NCBI GenBank assembly: GCA_002633005.1
Contig: NMRA01000016.1
Coordinates: forward strand, 285,396 to 349,395
DNA length: 64,000 nt
Source: Phoronis australis
Taxonomy: Eukaryota; Animalia; Phoronida
Reading direction: 5' to 3'
A program made the translations under genes and the position numbers. Positions 51,526 to 64,000 of this stretch are shown here, piece after piece. The notes beneath the pieces are model-generated. The model saw only the letters and a program-made list of their open reading frames with translations, did no database searches and was not told where the DNA came from. The first letter of the stretch is position 1. Each line of letters opens with the position of its first letter.

Positions 51526-52707
51526 TGAAGGTTTTACAAGTGGAATCGTCACCATGTTATTTTAGTCAATCGCGGAGCATATCTTCGAGGAATAACAAAC
51601 ACTCATTTTTGCAAGACCAAAACTCTTGATCATTTCAGAGCAAGGAACAAGTGGAAATCAATTATATAATGGTAACTGTGAATTTGGCATTATTTCTTCG
51701 AGGCAACGCAGATTTACAGCCACTGTTTCTATGATGCCACAGAAGTCGCATCAGATCTCGCCTAATTTACATCCGAAAACTGTGGTCAGCACACACCAGT
51801 CAACTGTCATCAGGGTTATGCAAGGGATTGACCACGGATGCCAGACAAAGATGAGGGAAATATGCACCCACATAGGTGGGTATTTGGTTCATGAGGTGGA
51901 AAGAGTTTCAGCCAGACAAATGGCTGCTGCAGACTCAGTTAACATGAGGACACATAACGTGTGTGCCTATGGCTTCCAGTGAAAGTTGCATACAATCACG
52001 CACACTAGATACACTAAAATCAGTACCCTTCTACAAACACATTTGCTGTGAAAGGAAACGGGTAAAGAGGATTGTAGTGTACTGTAATCTTCCAGTGCGC
52101 TGAAGCTGGCTATAAACTGACTCATCTGTTGCCCGGCACTTATCAAAGCAACAAAAGCAGGCAGCCAGTTAAACCATGCAGACTGAACATTTGAAAAAAG
52201 AAAACGTGTTGCACAAATATTTATTTAACAACTGCGTTTCTTGATAAAATATTGACAAGAGACGAATCAATTCAAATGAGACATACCTTGCACAAAACAA
52301 AATCTTTAAAAATAAACTTTATACAACATAGTAAGAAGGAGCATCACTAAAATTATTTCTAAATCAAAATTATTTGGTGAAAGCTTATTAAATTTTTCGA
52401 ATATGTGGTTCAACATGACACCAAAGTTTTCAAAAAACAAAACAGCAATTAAATTGGAAATTTTTAATATCACTTTTGAACATTGCACTGGGTGCACAGT
52501 TAAAAACGTGTAGCAATAACAGTGAAAATAGTAGCACTTTTATTTGCAGAATACTCCTACTTAAGTGACACCTCTCGATTGGGTGAAGGTCACACAGCAT
52601 TCTATGAAAACAAATAAACAATATCACACATACACAAAATGTTAGCTTTGTGCCAAACCTAATCTGACATTTCAAATATCTGAACCCTAAAATTTAAGGG
52701 CAAGTCA

Positions 52708-52794
52708 TTAGCCTGCTTTTGAGATGCCGACCAAGACAGCGCCAGAGACAGCGACACAGAAAGCCAATGAGAGAATGACCATGTTCTTCCAACC
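52708..52794 (-). CDS. TMEM144: TMEM144-like last coding exon
   Basis: atttcag| GWKNMVILSLAFCVAVSGAVLVGISKAG TAA; final TM helix. Confidence 0.9.
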   Translation of the reverse strand, partial: GWKNMVILSLAFCVAVSGAVLVGISKAG

Positions 52795-55419
52795 CTGAAA
52801 TAAGACAACGATGGGAATCTAGACACAGTGGTGGCCATTTTCTCAAAATATCCTCTAACTGAAATAAAAATTGTATGAACACTGCTCTTCACCATCTGTT
52901 TTTACAACATGTTGCTGTGACTTTTTTTCTGCCACTTACCTCAGGGTTGAATGGCCCTCACTATTCACAAAATACGGACCAGTTTGGAAAAAGCACAGCA
53001 AATAGATTTTTCACTTACTCAACACACAATATGGCTGACAATTCAAATTTCTCCACAAAAATAACGGTTACGGAATTTCAAAGTATTACTAGCATAATTT
53101 GTGCTGTCCGGATATCAGAAAACAACAACAACAAAATTTCCAATATTTGCAGCAAGTTTATTAGCCTTTGAAAATGGAAAATTACAATTTTGACAACTAT
53201 TTTGAGCGAAACAAGTCAAGCGGAGAATCCCAGTAAGTTAACAACAACAATTCTTCACAGCACATTGAAGTTGATCAGGTAACAAAGCAGGTGAACAGGA
53301 GTAGAGGTAATACAGGCCATTCCTGACCAGGTTTGAACCTGTACCCTCTGAGCGCACCTGATGATAAAAAGTGTGCCTTTTTTCAAAAAGGTGTGCCCGG
53401 CAACACAAAAAATAATTGCAGGCGGTCTGGTACAGGTTGTAAAGGCACAGTCCAGAAATATCTGTGTAATAAATATATCTATTCAGGATAAAACCTGTTC
53501 AGTGTATCAATACTGTTTTCCCGTAGGGTCCTGATAACAGAAATAATATTGGAAATCTGACTAACGAAATGACATTAAATAAAAATTTAGAAAATATAAA
53601 CCAGACCTAAAACGACAAAGGGAGGAACCATACACTTAAACATTATGCAAGTACCTGGATACAAAGATACCTACAGAGCCACTTCGGTGGATATCTGAGC
53701 TGAGATGGTTTTATAACAAGGCACTAGAATAGATGTCAGAATGAATGTTTACCAAAATCAGTAGTGGTTTTATGAAGGTAAAGATTGCCATTGGCAGCAG
53801 ACCTGGTGTGTCTATCATGACCCTGGCTTACTAGTTGAATTTATCAGAGACATTCGGTGCCATGTCCTGCAAACATCTGTTTATAGCTAAACACATGTGG
53901 TAGTCTCCGCACATCGAGTTTGAACCCGTCATGCGCTTCTGACACGTTTGGGTTTTCAGTTGAGAGAAAACTGATGAACACTTAACAATTTTTAGACAGA
54001 CAGATGCTTCAGTCAAAATAACGCAAAGCACATTCAAGAAGAATTTCCATAAACTTTGCCTCCAGTTCTCAAATTAGTATTCCTATCTTGCTTTTAAGTA
54101 CGATAAAAATATAGTTTGCTCAAAATCACCACATTGTGTTCTAAATAGAATTTTTTTCCGTAGATTTCTTCCAGCTGTGGCCATCAACTACAGGGGCAAT
54201 TTCTTAACCCCTTATTTCAGAAGTTATCCCAGTAAATTGTCCTCTACGCTCAGCTTTGACACAAGGACTCTGCATCAATGGATACACTGTGGTAGTACAC
54301 TCAGTAATATACATTTACAGGGGCTCCAGGTTTTGAGAACCAGTTTACTCCATTGAATAATTGCCATCAAACTGGTCCCCAAAACCTGGGATCCCTGTAA
54401 GTGACAAGCACTGTGTTGTTTTATTGCATTTTCACAGCACAAAGCTAACAATAGACAAAATCTCTTAATCTTTTTGACCAAGAAATTTAACAAAATAAAA
54501 TTTCGCACGTCCACCTTATTGTGTGCAAAATATGTAAACATTTATCACATTCATATTGACAGCTGCAGTGGTAACACAATTTCAATTCTTTTTAAATAAA
54601 AACTTATCCTTTGAAATAATGAAGAACCCATTGTGATTCGATCATAAAATCTTCATGCTTGAATGCCAAGATTTCTATTGAGCCACGTGAATGCGAATAT
54701 TTCATTGCAATGTTTCCAGCCCATTTGATAGGAAATTAATTAAAAATTATTTTCCAATTATGGTGTCTGACATCACAGAAAATATTTAGTACTAAATAAT
54801 TCATTGCACTTTAATATTATTTACTCTATTAAACCATTGCTTGTAGCCTTGAACCAATATTAAAATATTTACTCTGTGTCCCTATTGAGGTTTGTAGGAG
54901 TTATAAGTCAATTTCTTGGGTTTGAAAAACTACATATTGACTAAGACTGAAAGTCAAAAATTATATCATATTCACATGACAGTATAAACACTGGTGATGG
55001 AATGGGCTATTTTAGAGCTTGATAAAAAGAACAGCTGGTAATCAATAATTCCTTAATGCTGTAAAATTTGAATTTTATTGGTTTTTAATTTAGCCATTGT
55101 ACTCCTTATATTCATATTCTACTGAAAAAATAGTCCAACCACTTTTTCAACTCGACACAAGATCACAAACGCTGGTATTTCTAAGTTAAAACCGATCGAA
55201 AAATCGTATTATTTTTTGTAGTCGTAATCTAGAGAGAATACCATAATCTGTCTGAATAGATCTTGTATGACACAAAGAAACATGCCACGACTGGACTGAC
55301 AGGATCTCCATTAGCATCATAATATGTAGTTGAAAAACTAGTAGACTTTTTGGACCCTAGTGATTAGCAAGCATACTGTGTTGAAATCCAATTGACTTAT
55401 AAACACACAAAAGCATTAC

Positions 55420-55473
55420 CTTGACTTCCTTGAATATCACAATACCCCAGAATGCAGCTAGTAAGGAAGGGCC
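55420..55473 (-). CDS. TMEM144: TMEM144-like 54-nt exon
   Basis: atttcag| GPSLLAAFWGIVIFKEVK |GTAATG; conserved GP...WG...FKE.K motif. Confidence 0.9.
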
Positions 55474-56575
55474 CTGAAATAATTATTACAATATCAAGTC
55501 ACCATTCCAGTTTATACTCGTAAAGTTGAACAAAATCATACACAGAAGCAAGCTCAATATGCATCACAAAATGAGCAGTGGCTCTAAAATTAAACTTATA
55601 ATGGGTCCTGTTTAGTTGATATCACTATTACCTTGGGACATAACGTTTGACACAATGGCCGAATGTTTGCAATCCTCACAAAAATCGTACAATTGGGCAA
55701 GCTAACACTTGTTTTCTATGGTTACACTGAGGTTAGAATGGAGCTCACAGGACAGTGTTATTTTTGCTTAATAACCCAATTCATTCTTTCTTACTTTATA
55801 CTAATTTGAAGTTTGACCCACCGATGTAGCACTAATACAACTTTAAGAACAAACAAAATATTTGCAAGAAAACGCTCGGGTATGTTTTCATTCACTACAA
55901 ATGCTGCCTGAAGTCAGACAACTTGTAACAGAGCATAACAGCAAAGAAATTGAGCTATTTTCATTATTTACAATATACAGTATTATGTTTATTTGTAAGA
56001 AATAAATGTGATTTGCATGAAAAAGCTCCAAAATACCACAAATCCTCCTCACTTACCTCACAAAAATAATTTCAAAATTGTAATTTTTCAATTTTTTTAA
56101 AGTCTGATAACCTAGCTTCAAATAATGGATACTTTGCCAAATATGCTTTGTGCCATCTACACAGAAATAATAGATTAAAATTGTATTAATATTTATTTTA
56201 GTTGAGAAATGTGACAAAACAAATTTCAACAACACTGCCATATTGTGTGTTCACTAGGCGAAGAACTACTATACACCCAATGAACTTCCATGTACTGAGT
56301 GACCTCATATTGGCCAAATTCCCGCATTTCGCACTCCTGCTCTTATTGGCCGTGAGGTAAGATTATATTGTTTGTACAACAGTGGCGCTATCCGACAACA
56401 GGCTTCGCCGTCTTTTGTCCTTCAGAACTGTTGGGAAGGGGGGATATGTGACATCCCGCATCCATACATATTTATCCAGCATATCCCACTTCCTTGAATC
56501 AACATTGCAGCCCATGGCACAGCAGTAATACTTTCCAGACACGACTTAAATATGATATAAAAAATAAAATATTCA

Positions 56576-57082
<507 letters not shown>

Positions 57083-57278
57083 TCAACTTTGGTGAAGAAA
57101 ATGCATGAATTTGTCATTGCACTTAAGTTTTTGGATCAAGGACAGTCACTTGACATAAAAAACTTTGTTCAGTGTTTATAAAGTTAAAAAATCAACGTTA
57201 CACTTATCCTTATTCTAAACACACGTGACCCAAAATTACAACGTCTAACGATGATTGAAATAGTTGAAATAGTATTAC

Positions 57279-57376
57279 CAAACTGACTTGATCCATTGTA
57301 TCTATTTTTGATGTAGATGACTGGTACAAAGTTGAGCCCAAAACACAGTCCAGATGATACGGCTAACACAGTACCC
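57279..57376 (-). CDS. TMEM144: TMEM144-like exon (copy A, duplicate of 58810-58907)
   Basis: Same peptide and splice sites as copy B. Confidence 0.8.
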
Positions 57377-58122
57377 CTATAACAACAAGTGTATTGTATG
57401 TTAATTATGCCAAGTACAAAAATAAAAAAATAAAAACTCAGTAAAAATGACATGCATGTTAGGGCACAACAGAAACAAGACCAGAAAGAAAAATAGTGAT
57501 AACAATTTCAGAATGTCTGATCTAAAATATTTTTTCTTTAACCTATACGAACAGAATAAACTGCAATTGTGAAAAATTACATCACAGTGTTCGACACCTA
57601 GCTCGACGCCAAGTCACATTTGGCAACTTGGTGGAAGTCCCAGGTCGTCAAACGATTGTATACACTGGAAGTTTCACTGATCTTGCCCGATTCTTGTTAA
57701 ACAATTCTGACTTCCGTCCGTTTCACTTCATGTAGTAATTTAGACGCGTGTTTGATGTGTGTCGCCTGCTGTGGTGGCAAATGCACTGATTTCATGAAAT
57801 AAACAAAACAACTGAGAACCAAAGGTATTAATCCTAGGAAAACTTTAACAAATTTCAAGTTTGGAAGTCAACACAAACTTTGAAACAAACTTCGGGGGAA
57901 TTATTGTCTGACTTTGATACTCGCAAAGGCGCCTTGGTGGCAACTTGCGATTTTTTCCAGGTCACCAAACACAATCTGAGATCACATTGATGATCTACAG
58001 GTTGCCAAATCTAGCACTGCAATAATTTGCCCACCGTGACTTTCAAAATTCTATACACTNNNNNNNNNNNNNNNNNNNNNNNNNNNNNNNNNNNNNNNNN
58101 NNNNNNNNNNNNNNNNNNNNNA

Positions 58123-58530
<408 letters not shown>

Positions 58531-58809
58531 TCAAACGATACAAACATAGGAAAAGAAAGTACACCGCAATAACATTATAGTGCAAATAACCAGACCTAAC
58601 TGAAGATAAAAATCAACGTCGGTGAAGAAAATGCATGAACTGGTCATTGCACTTTTAAGTTTTTGGATCAAGGACAGTCACTTGACATAAAAAACTTTGT
58701 TCAATGTTTATAAAGTTAAAAATCAACATTACACTTATCCTTATTCTAAACACACGTGACCCAAAAATACAACGTCTAACGATGATTGAAATAGTTGAAA
58801 CAGTATTAC

Positions 58810-58907
58810 CAAACTGACTTGATCCATTGTATCTATTTTTGATGTAGATGACTGGTACAAAGTTGAGCCCAAAACACAGTCCAGATGATACGGCTAAAAC
58901 AGTACCC
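58810..58907 (-). CDS. TMEM144: TMEM144-like exon (copy B)
   Basis: GTVLAVSSGLCFGLNFVPVIYIKNRYNGSSQF with AG/GT boundaries; 98 nt. Confidence 0.88.
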
Positions 58908-59670
58908 CTATAACAACAAGTGTATTGTATGTTAATTATGCCAAGTACAAAAATAAAAAAAATAAAAAACGCAGTAAGAAAGACATGCATGTTAGGGCAC
59001 AACAGAAACAAGACCAGAAAGAAAAATAGTGATAACAATTTCAAAATGCCTGATCTAAAATATTTTTCCTTTAACCTATACGAACAGAATAAATTGCAAT
59101 TGTGAAAAATTGCATCACAGAGTTCGACACCTAGCTTGACGCCAAGTCACATTTGGCAACTTGGTGGAAGTCCCAGGTCGTCAAACGATTGTATACACTG
59201 GAAGTGCCTGTTTCACTGATCTTGCCCGATTCTTGCTAAACAATTCTGACTTCCGTCCGTTTCACTTCATGTAGTAATTTAGACGCGTGTTTGACGTGTG
59301 TCGACTGCTGTGGTGGCAAATGCACTGATCTCACGAAATAAACGAAACAACTGCGAACCAAAGGTATTAATCCTAAGAAAACTTTAACAAATTTACAGTT
59401 TGGAAGTCAACACAAACTTTGAAACAAATTTCGGGGGAATGGCACCTTGATGGTGACTTGCGATTTTTTCCAGGTCACCAAACACAATCTGAGATCACAT
59501 TGATGATCTACAGGTTGCCAAATCTAGCACTGCAATAATTTGCCCACCGTGACTTTCAAAATTCTATACAGTCAGACGAAAAATATCATTTTAATGTTCA
59601 GCACCTTTATATAAAGTTGTTAATTTACAATAAGAAGTTAACATAAACTACTGAAGCATACATATCTTAC

Positions 59671-59756
59671 AATGCTCTTCTGGATACTGTTGACATGTTG
59701 TCGACAAAAGAATCTGTTCCCGTTACCCCGGACACATTAGTTATCTGAGAGGAGGG
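59671..59756 (-). CDS. TMEM144: TMEM144-like internal exon
   Basis: tttccag| PSSQITNVSGVTGTDSFVDNMSTVSRRA(L) |GTAAGA; resembles SWVDKLS..RR motif; phases fit. Confidence 0.85.
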
Positions 59757-60199
59757 CTGGAAAGAAAGAGGGTCACATTAAGTCAGAAAGTGGGCGATCA
59801 CCAATCTAAAACAAAACTAAATAATTACCACAAAAATCCTAAAAGTTGAGTTGAAACAAAACTTGTGTCAATGACCTCATTTCAGGTTAGGACTGGAGGA
59901 GCTAGAAAATCTGAAGCATTCCCTGAAATTGCTGCCCTCTGTTGAGCAAATGCAGCTTCTTCACAATGGCATCTGCATGCATTTGACAATCAAAGCCATG
60001 AAATGTTTGCCATCAGGATGACACAGTCATGCAGATTTTTGGAAACAAGATAGACAAGTATTTCTTCTGTTTTACCACAGTGAAAATATCTACAACATTC
60101 ACAGCACTGTTACCACCTCACACCAAGGAGGTATCTCGAAATGATGTAATTCGGTAACCATATTTGCAGCCAAAGGATCACTATAACAGAGCCAGAATA

Positions 60200-60600
60200 A
60201 ACATGCAACTGCATAACCCCAATGACCAATAGGATTCTCAGCATCAGAGTCAAAGAACACTGTAAAGACACACACAGTGCTGTTCTCAACCATTCACTAA
60301 CAACCCATCACACTATAAATTTCTCTGGTGTTCAGATCTTAGCCAAGGATAATGCCACCCTGAGGCTCCTCTTAAGGAGGCTATGCATATACGGTTGAAC
60401 CATGCTGAGCGCTATCTCAATAGGAACATTGGTTCATTTGAGCTCCAACTCTTACAATGCATTTTGATGTGTACCTGTACAGTTTATTTTCCACTTGTAT
60501 TGCCTTGAAAATGGTTTATTATAAGTAATATTATAAGTTATATTATAAGTAATAAACCGAAACGTCGGGTTTAACATGTCTGTATTTACTTACACGCTCA
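60200..60600 (+). mobile_element. Penelope-like 3' fragment (GIY-YIG C-terminus + pLTR)
   Basis: Degenerate FSIRVKEH...SAVLNHSLTTHHTINFSGVQILAK...KEAMHI...LNRNIG, followed by a hammerhead motif. Confidence 0.75.
60500..60570 (+). ncRNA. Hammerhead ribozyme motif, U3-A8 core variant
   Basis: gcc TTGAAAA t GGTTTATTA [28-nt loop] TAATAAACC GAAA cG TC gg. Confidence 0.7.
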
Positions 60601-60935
60601 TTTTAATATTCATGTCACTAAATATCGTTCTTTAATAATGGCTGGGCCTTGAGCATGTATAAAATTATTGAAAAATCTCGATAATTTCGCACAAAAATAA
60701 TTGCCATAATTGGGTAGCTATGGAACTGAAATGGAAAATGGTAAACCATTACTTTCAAGTTGATACCACTCGTCATTTATTAAAAAATGAGAAATAAAAT
60801 TTTGTTTCCTAAACTAGAAAGACTGGATTAACGGCCAAGCAACAATGAGAAGCTTAACCACATACTTGCTTTCATGTGTACAATGACATGGAACATGTCT
60901 ACGGCCATAGCTAGAGTGTACACCCACCAACTTAC

Positions 60936-61104
60936 CATCACGTGGTGACTATTGAGACTGCCATAACTATGACTACTAGAGCCCAGTAAGTCTTCGACAG
61001 TCAATCTTGTCTTGGCCGGAGACTGTTGATCAGGAGGTGGATTGATATATAGCACCTCAGGAGGCTGACTGACTGTACTTTTAACATTCATGAATATGAC
61101 AGCC
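60936..61104 (-). CDS. TMEM144: TMEM144-like internal exon
   Basis: ctgtcag| AVIFMNVKSTVSQPP...SHHVM |GTAAGT; phases 2 and 0 fit the neighbouring exons. Confidence 0.85.
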
Positions 61105-63209
61105 CTGACAGACAAAAAAGAGGAGTCCATCAACAGGTCTACTGTCTACATATTGAATTGGCCGAAGGTCTGGAGGTGTTTTCGTAAGAAATGTTGGTGA
61201 CACTTTTGAAAGGGATTAAGTGGAACTGTGGTTCACATGAATGAATGATATTCTTGTGTTTGGCACATCAGAAAGACATAGATTAAGTCAAACTCGTGTG
61301 GCCCCGCAATGGCCATGTACGTAGTTTGTACAACATAAGTAACCAGAGAAGATAACTTATTTTATATACACAGCTGCTGTTTATAAAAATTTTTTTTACA
61401 AACCAGGGACTATAACTACCACAATACAATATTTGTAAGTTTCCATACCACATAATAAATACAGCTTGTGCAACAAATTTCCCTCGCAATCACATTTTGG
61501 AATAAATTGAATTGTGTCAGTGAAATTGTCAAATTTGAGGCTCTGTGCATAACTGTCACTGACATCTTGGCAACTCCTGTTCTTTCAAAGTATGACGGTG
61601 TTAACTCTTTGACTCTCTGATTGGCTAATATTTCTCAGTAGTGCTGGAACTGGAATGACACTTGTTCTGAAGACCAGGCATACGTCAGCTTGGAAATTAA
61701 GGGTCACTCAAACAATCTAAAGCTATTTTAATAAAGCAGATTAAGTTCATAAGCTTTCAAACATGAACAAAGTCAGATGGAACCTGTCCCTTTCCAAACA
61801 AAATGAATTTTTGTATTAATAATTCCTACTAACACGACTACTTTAAAATTCTTAGTCTGAAATAACGTGATCAAACCCATAACTCCACGGTTATTCTGAC
61901 ATTCCAAGTTCACACACAACAGCTGCCACAGCAAACACTAATATTATCGCGTAGGTTTGACAATACGTATAGTCAAGTGCTTGGGTGTCAAGCAAGGCAC
62001 ACTTCACTAGGTGGCATAGCTGAGGAAACATACTGTCGAGACATTAAGATAAGATTCATATTATTATTGATTGCAGGGACATTATCAGCAAGAAAAGTAA
62101 TTACTGAGATCAGTCGCAATGAAAATTCTAACCCGCAACCTACATGACCGCAGTCTAATGCTCTGCTGGCAGAGGAGCTAAACCTCACTTAATAAATGGC
62201 GGAGTATTTTGAGTGTACTTAGCTAGTGAAGTCTGTGGCTTTGATTTCAAATGTCTGGCAGACAATGGCCAAGGTTTTAGGCTCACCAAAATATTTCTAT
62301 TTGGAACCTTAAACTTCCGTTAAAAAAGACGAGGGTCGTTTTTGGCGACAAATCCGTTGCACAAGCTTGTATTATTTGTAGTAATGGGCACGACAACATC
62401 ATATGGAAATTGACGAACATTATATTGAACGAGATTGGTAACAATCACATACAAAAATAACATACTTCATGAGATATGTCCTCAAAATTTATTTACACCT
62501 TTATGCAAAAGCTTGCAGCCCAGAGACATCAGATGTCACACAGGTCAAACGTGAACATTCAACATTTTTATCACACACAAATTGTATAGGCCAAACTGTT
62601 GCATGCACGAGATTACAGAATAGGCCTGTACCGGATTACACCTGCAGTGACAGAACTCTTCTTTCTCCAGGAGGTAAGAAAGTGTGCTTTCAAATGGGCC
62701 TCGTTTTGGAAAGTCAGACAAATTTTCACAGGTCATGTCAGAAACCGTCGAGGTGTATGGCTACAGAAATATTCTCAATCTCAACCGTTTAAAAGTACCG
62801 GAATTGAAAAGGCGTCTTCCGCAAAGGGGACACTATACAGTTCAAAATTAACCTCAAACTTGCTTTATCCACTTGGTCTGCATTTTCTTGTCTTTGATTG
62901 ATGTCAGGAAGGCGAAGAACTTAGCATCACGCATCCATACATTTGTAAAGTTTAACCAAAATTCTCCTGTTGGAGTTGCAGAGCACAGCACAGCAGTAAT
63001 ACTGCATTCATTTGGCTTTGGAAGGACAAATAAAGTAATGCAGCCAAGAAAAAAATTGAAGAATACAACAACAAAGAACATGTGGAACTCCAACTGCGCA
63101 AAATGCAAAAGTGCATGAAGGATAACGCGGCATTGTGGGTTACTGCAGCAAGATTCAAGTGTTGTTGTGTAACTCAGGACAACCCTATTGGCAAGAAAGA
63201 CCACCTTAC

Positions 63210-63290
63210 CTAAGAACACATAGAGAAACACCAATGTAGTTGAGAACCTCATTTGAAGGTAGCTCTGCGTTAATGCCAAACAGTCCAAAC
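63210..63290 (-). CDS. TMEM144: TMEM144-like internal exon (upstream exons lie outside the window)
   Basis: ctccag| FGLFGINAELPSNEVLNYIGVSLCVL |GTAAGG; matches TMEM144 RFGWFG...LNYIG. Confidence 0.88.
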
Positions 63291-64000
63291 CTGGAGTAGA
63301 GTGGTAGCTATACAAAATTGTATTGTATGTTGAAGCATGTCATGAACCAAAAACGTGATCCATATTTTAGAAATTAAAAAGTAGTTAAGACAATAACATA
63401 CAAGTGAGAAAAATGCATAAAAACGTGATCATTAAAATGTTGGGGCAACATGTCTTCAAATTCAAACACAAGATGATAGAAAAATAAAATTTAATTTGAC
63501 AAAATCGTTCAACAAGAGTAAACAAAAAAGACAATTTTGCTTCATTATTTGAAAATTTCATACAGTATGGCTGAAATGTTGAGCATTTTTGGGAATACAG
63601 ATTAGAAAAATAAAGAAATGACAATTCTGGCCAATACTTTTGTACGAATTTGAGGAAATTTTACCACACATGCAAATTGTTTGCTATCTGTGAGTCTAAA
63701 GAGACAACGTTCATAAAGGAATCTGCGTCAAATAATCCTAAAATTGATCGCTCAAATTTTCTAAAGTGATACATTTAAGTGGTGTTGCTGTGATGATGGG
63801 GCCCTCATTCACATGGGGAGGGGAAAGATGCACATGCTTTCTGAGAGAGGAATTTTTCACCAACCTCGAGAGACACTAGTAATAAAGTTAAAACATAATT
63901 CTAATCTCAAGTGGAATTTTTCAGTCATTAGAAGAAAATTTTCGGGCTTGATGAGGGGAATTTTGTCTGACTTTAAAGTATTTTTCAAAGAGGAATGGAG

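Noticed and set aside
53310-53360. tRNA gene (B-box-like GGTTCAAAC on minus; similar near 50415)
   Set aside because: No cloverleaf or A-box; at most SINE debris.
62469-63315. Cluster of 100-150 aa ORFs
   Set aside because: Intronic or off-frame; only the 81-nt TMEM144 exon 63210-63290 is supported.

Overview
AT-rich animal (probably invertebrate) genomic scaffold with two N-gaps; most entries in the ORF track are spurious. Manual splicing gives three minus-strand genes. (1) A complete PAR-bZIP transcription factor (HLF/TEF/DBP/Pdp1 family), 30595->11697, 5 clear exons plus a candidate 42-nt microexon, about 252-266 aa. (2) A complete 3-exon SLC10 sodium/bile-acid symporter with signal peptide and long N-terminal extension, 49729->40320, 472 aa. 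(3) The 3' part of TMEM144, 63290->52708. Mobile DNA includes three Penelope-like (GIY-YIG) fragments carrying minimal hammerhead ribozyme motifs, a DIRS/Ngaro tyrosine-recombinase retroelement apparently nested in a hAT-like element, a CR1-like LINE and several MITEs/palindromes. The most interesting signals are clustered D-boxes (TTAYGTAA) throughout the PAR-bZIP gene itself, a D-box/E-box/CRE promoter with an apparent divergent TATA-driven spliced non-coding transcript, and two fold-back Penelope elements whose intact hammerhead cores both lie on the sense strand of one PAR-bZIP intron. Both gap-flanking duplications are probably uncollapsed haplotypes. All calls are by eye; no database searches were run.
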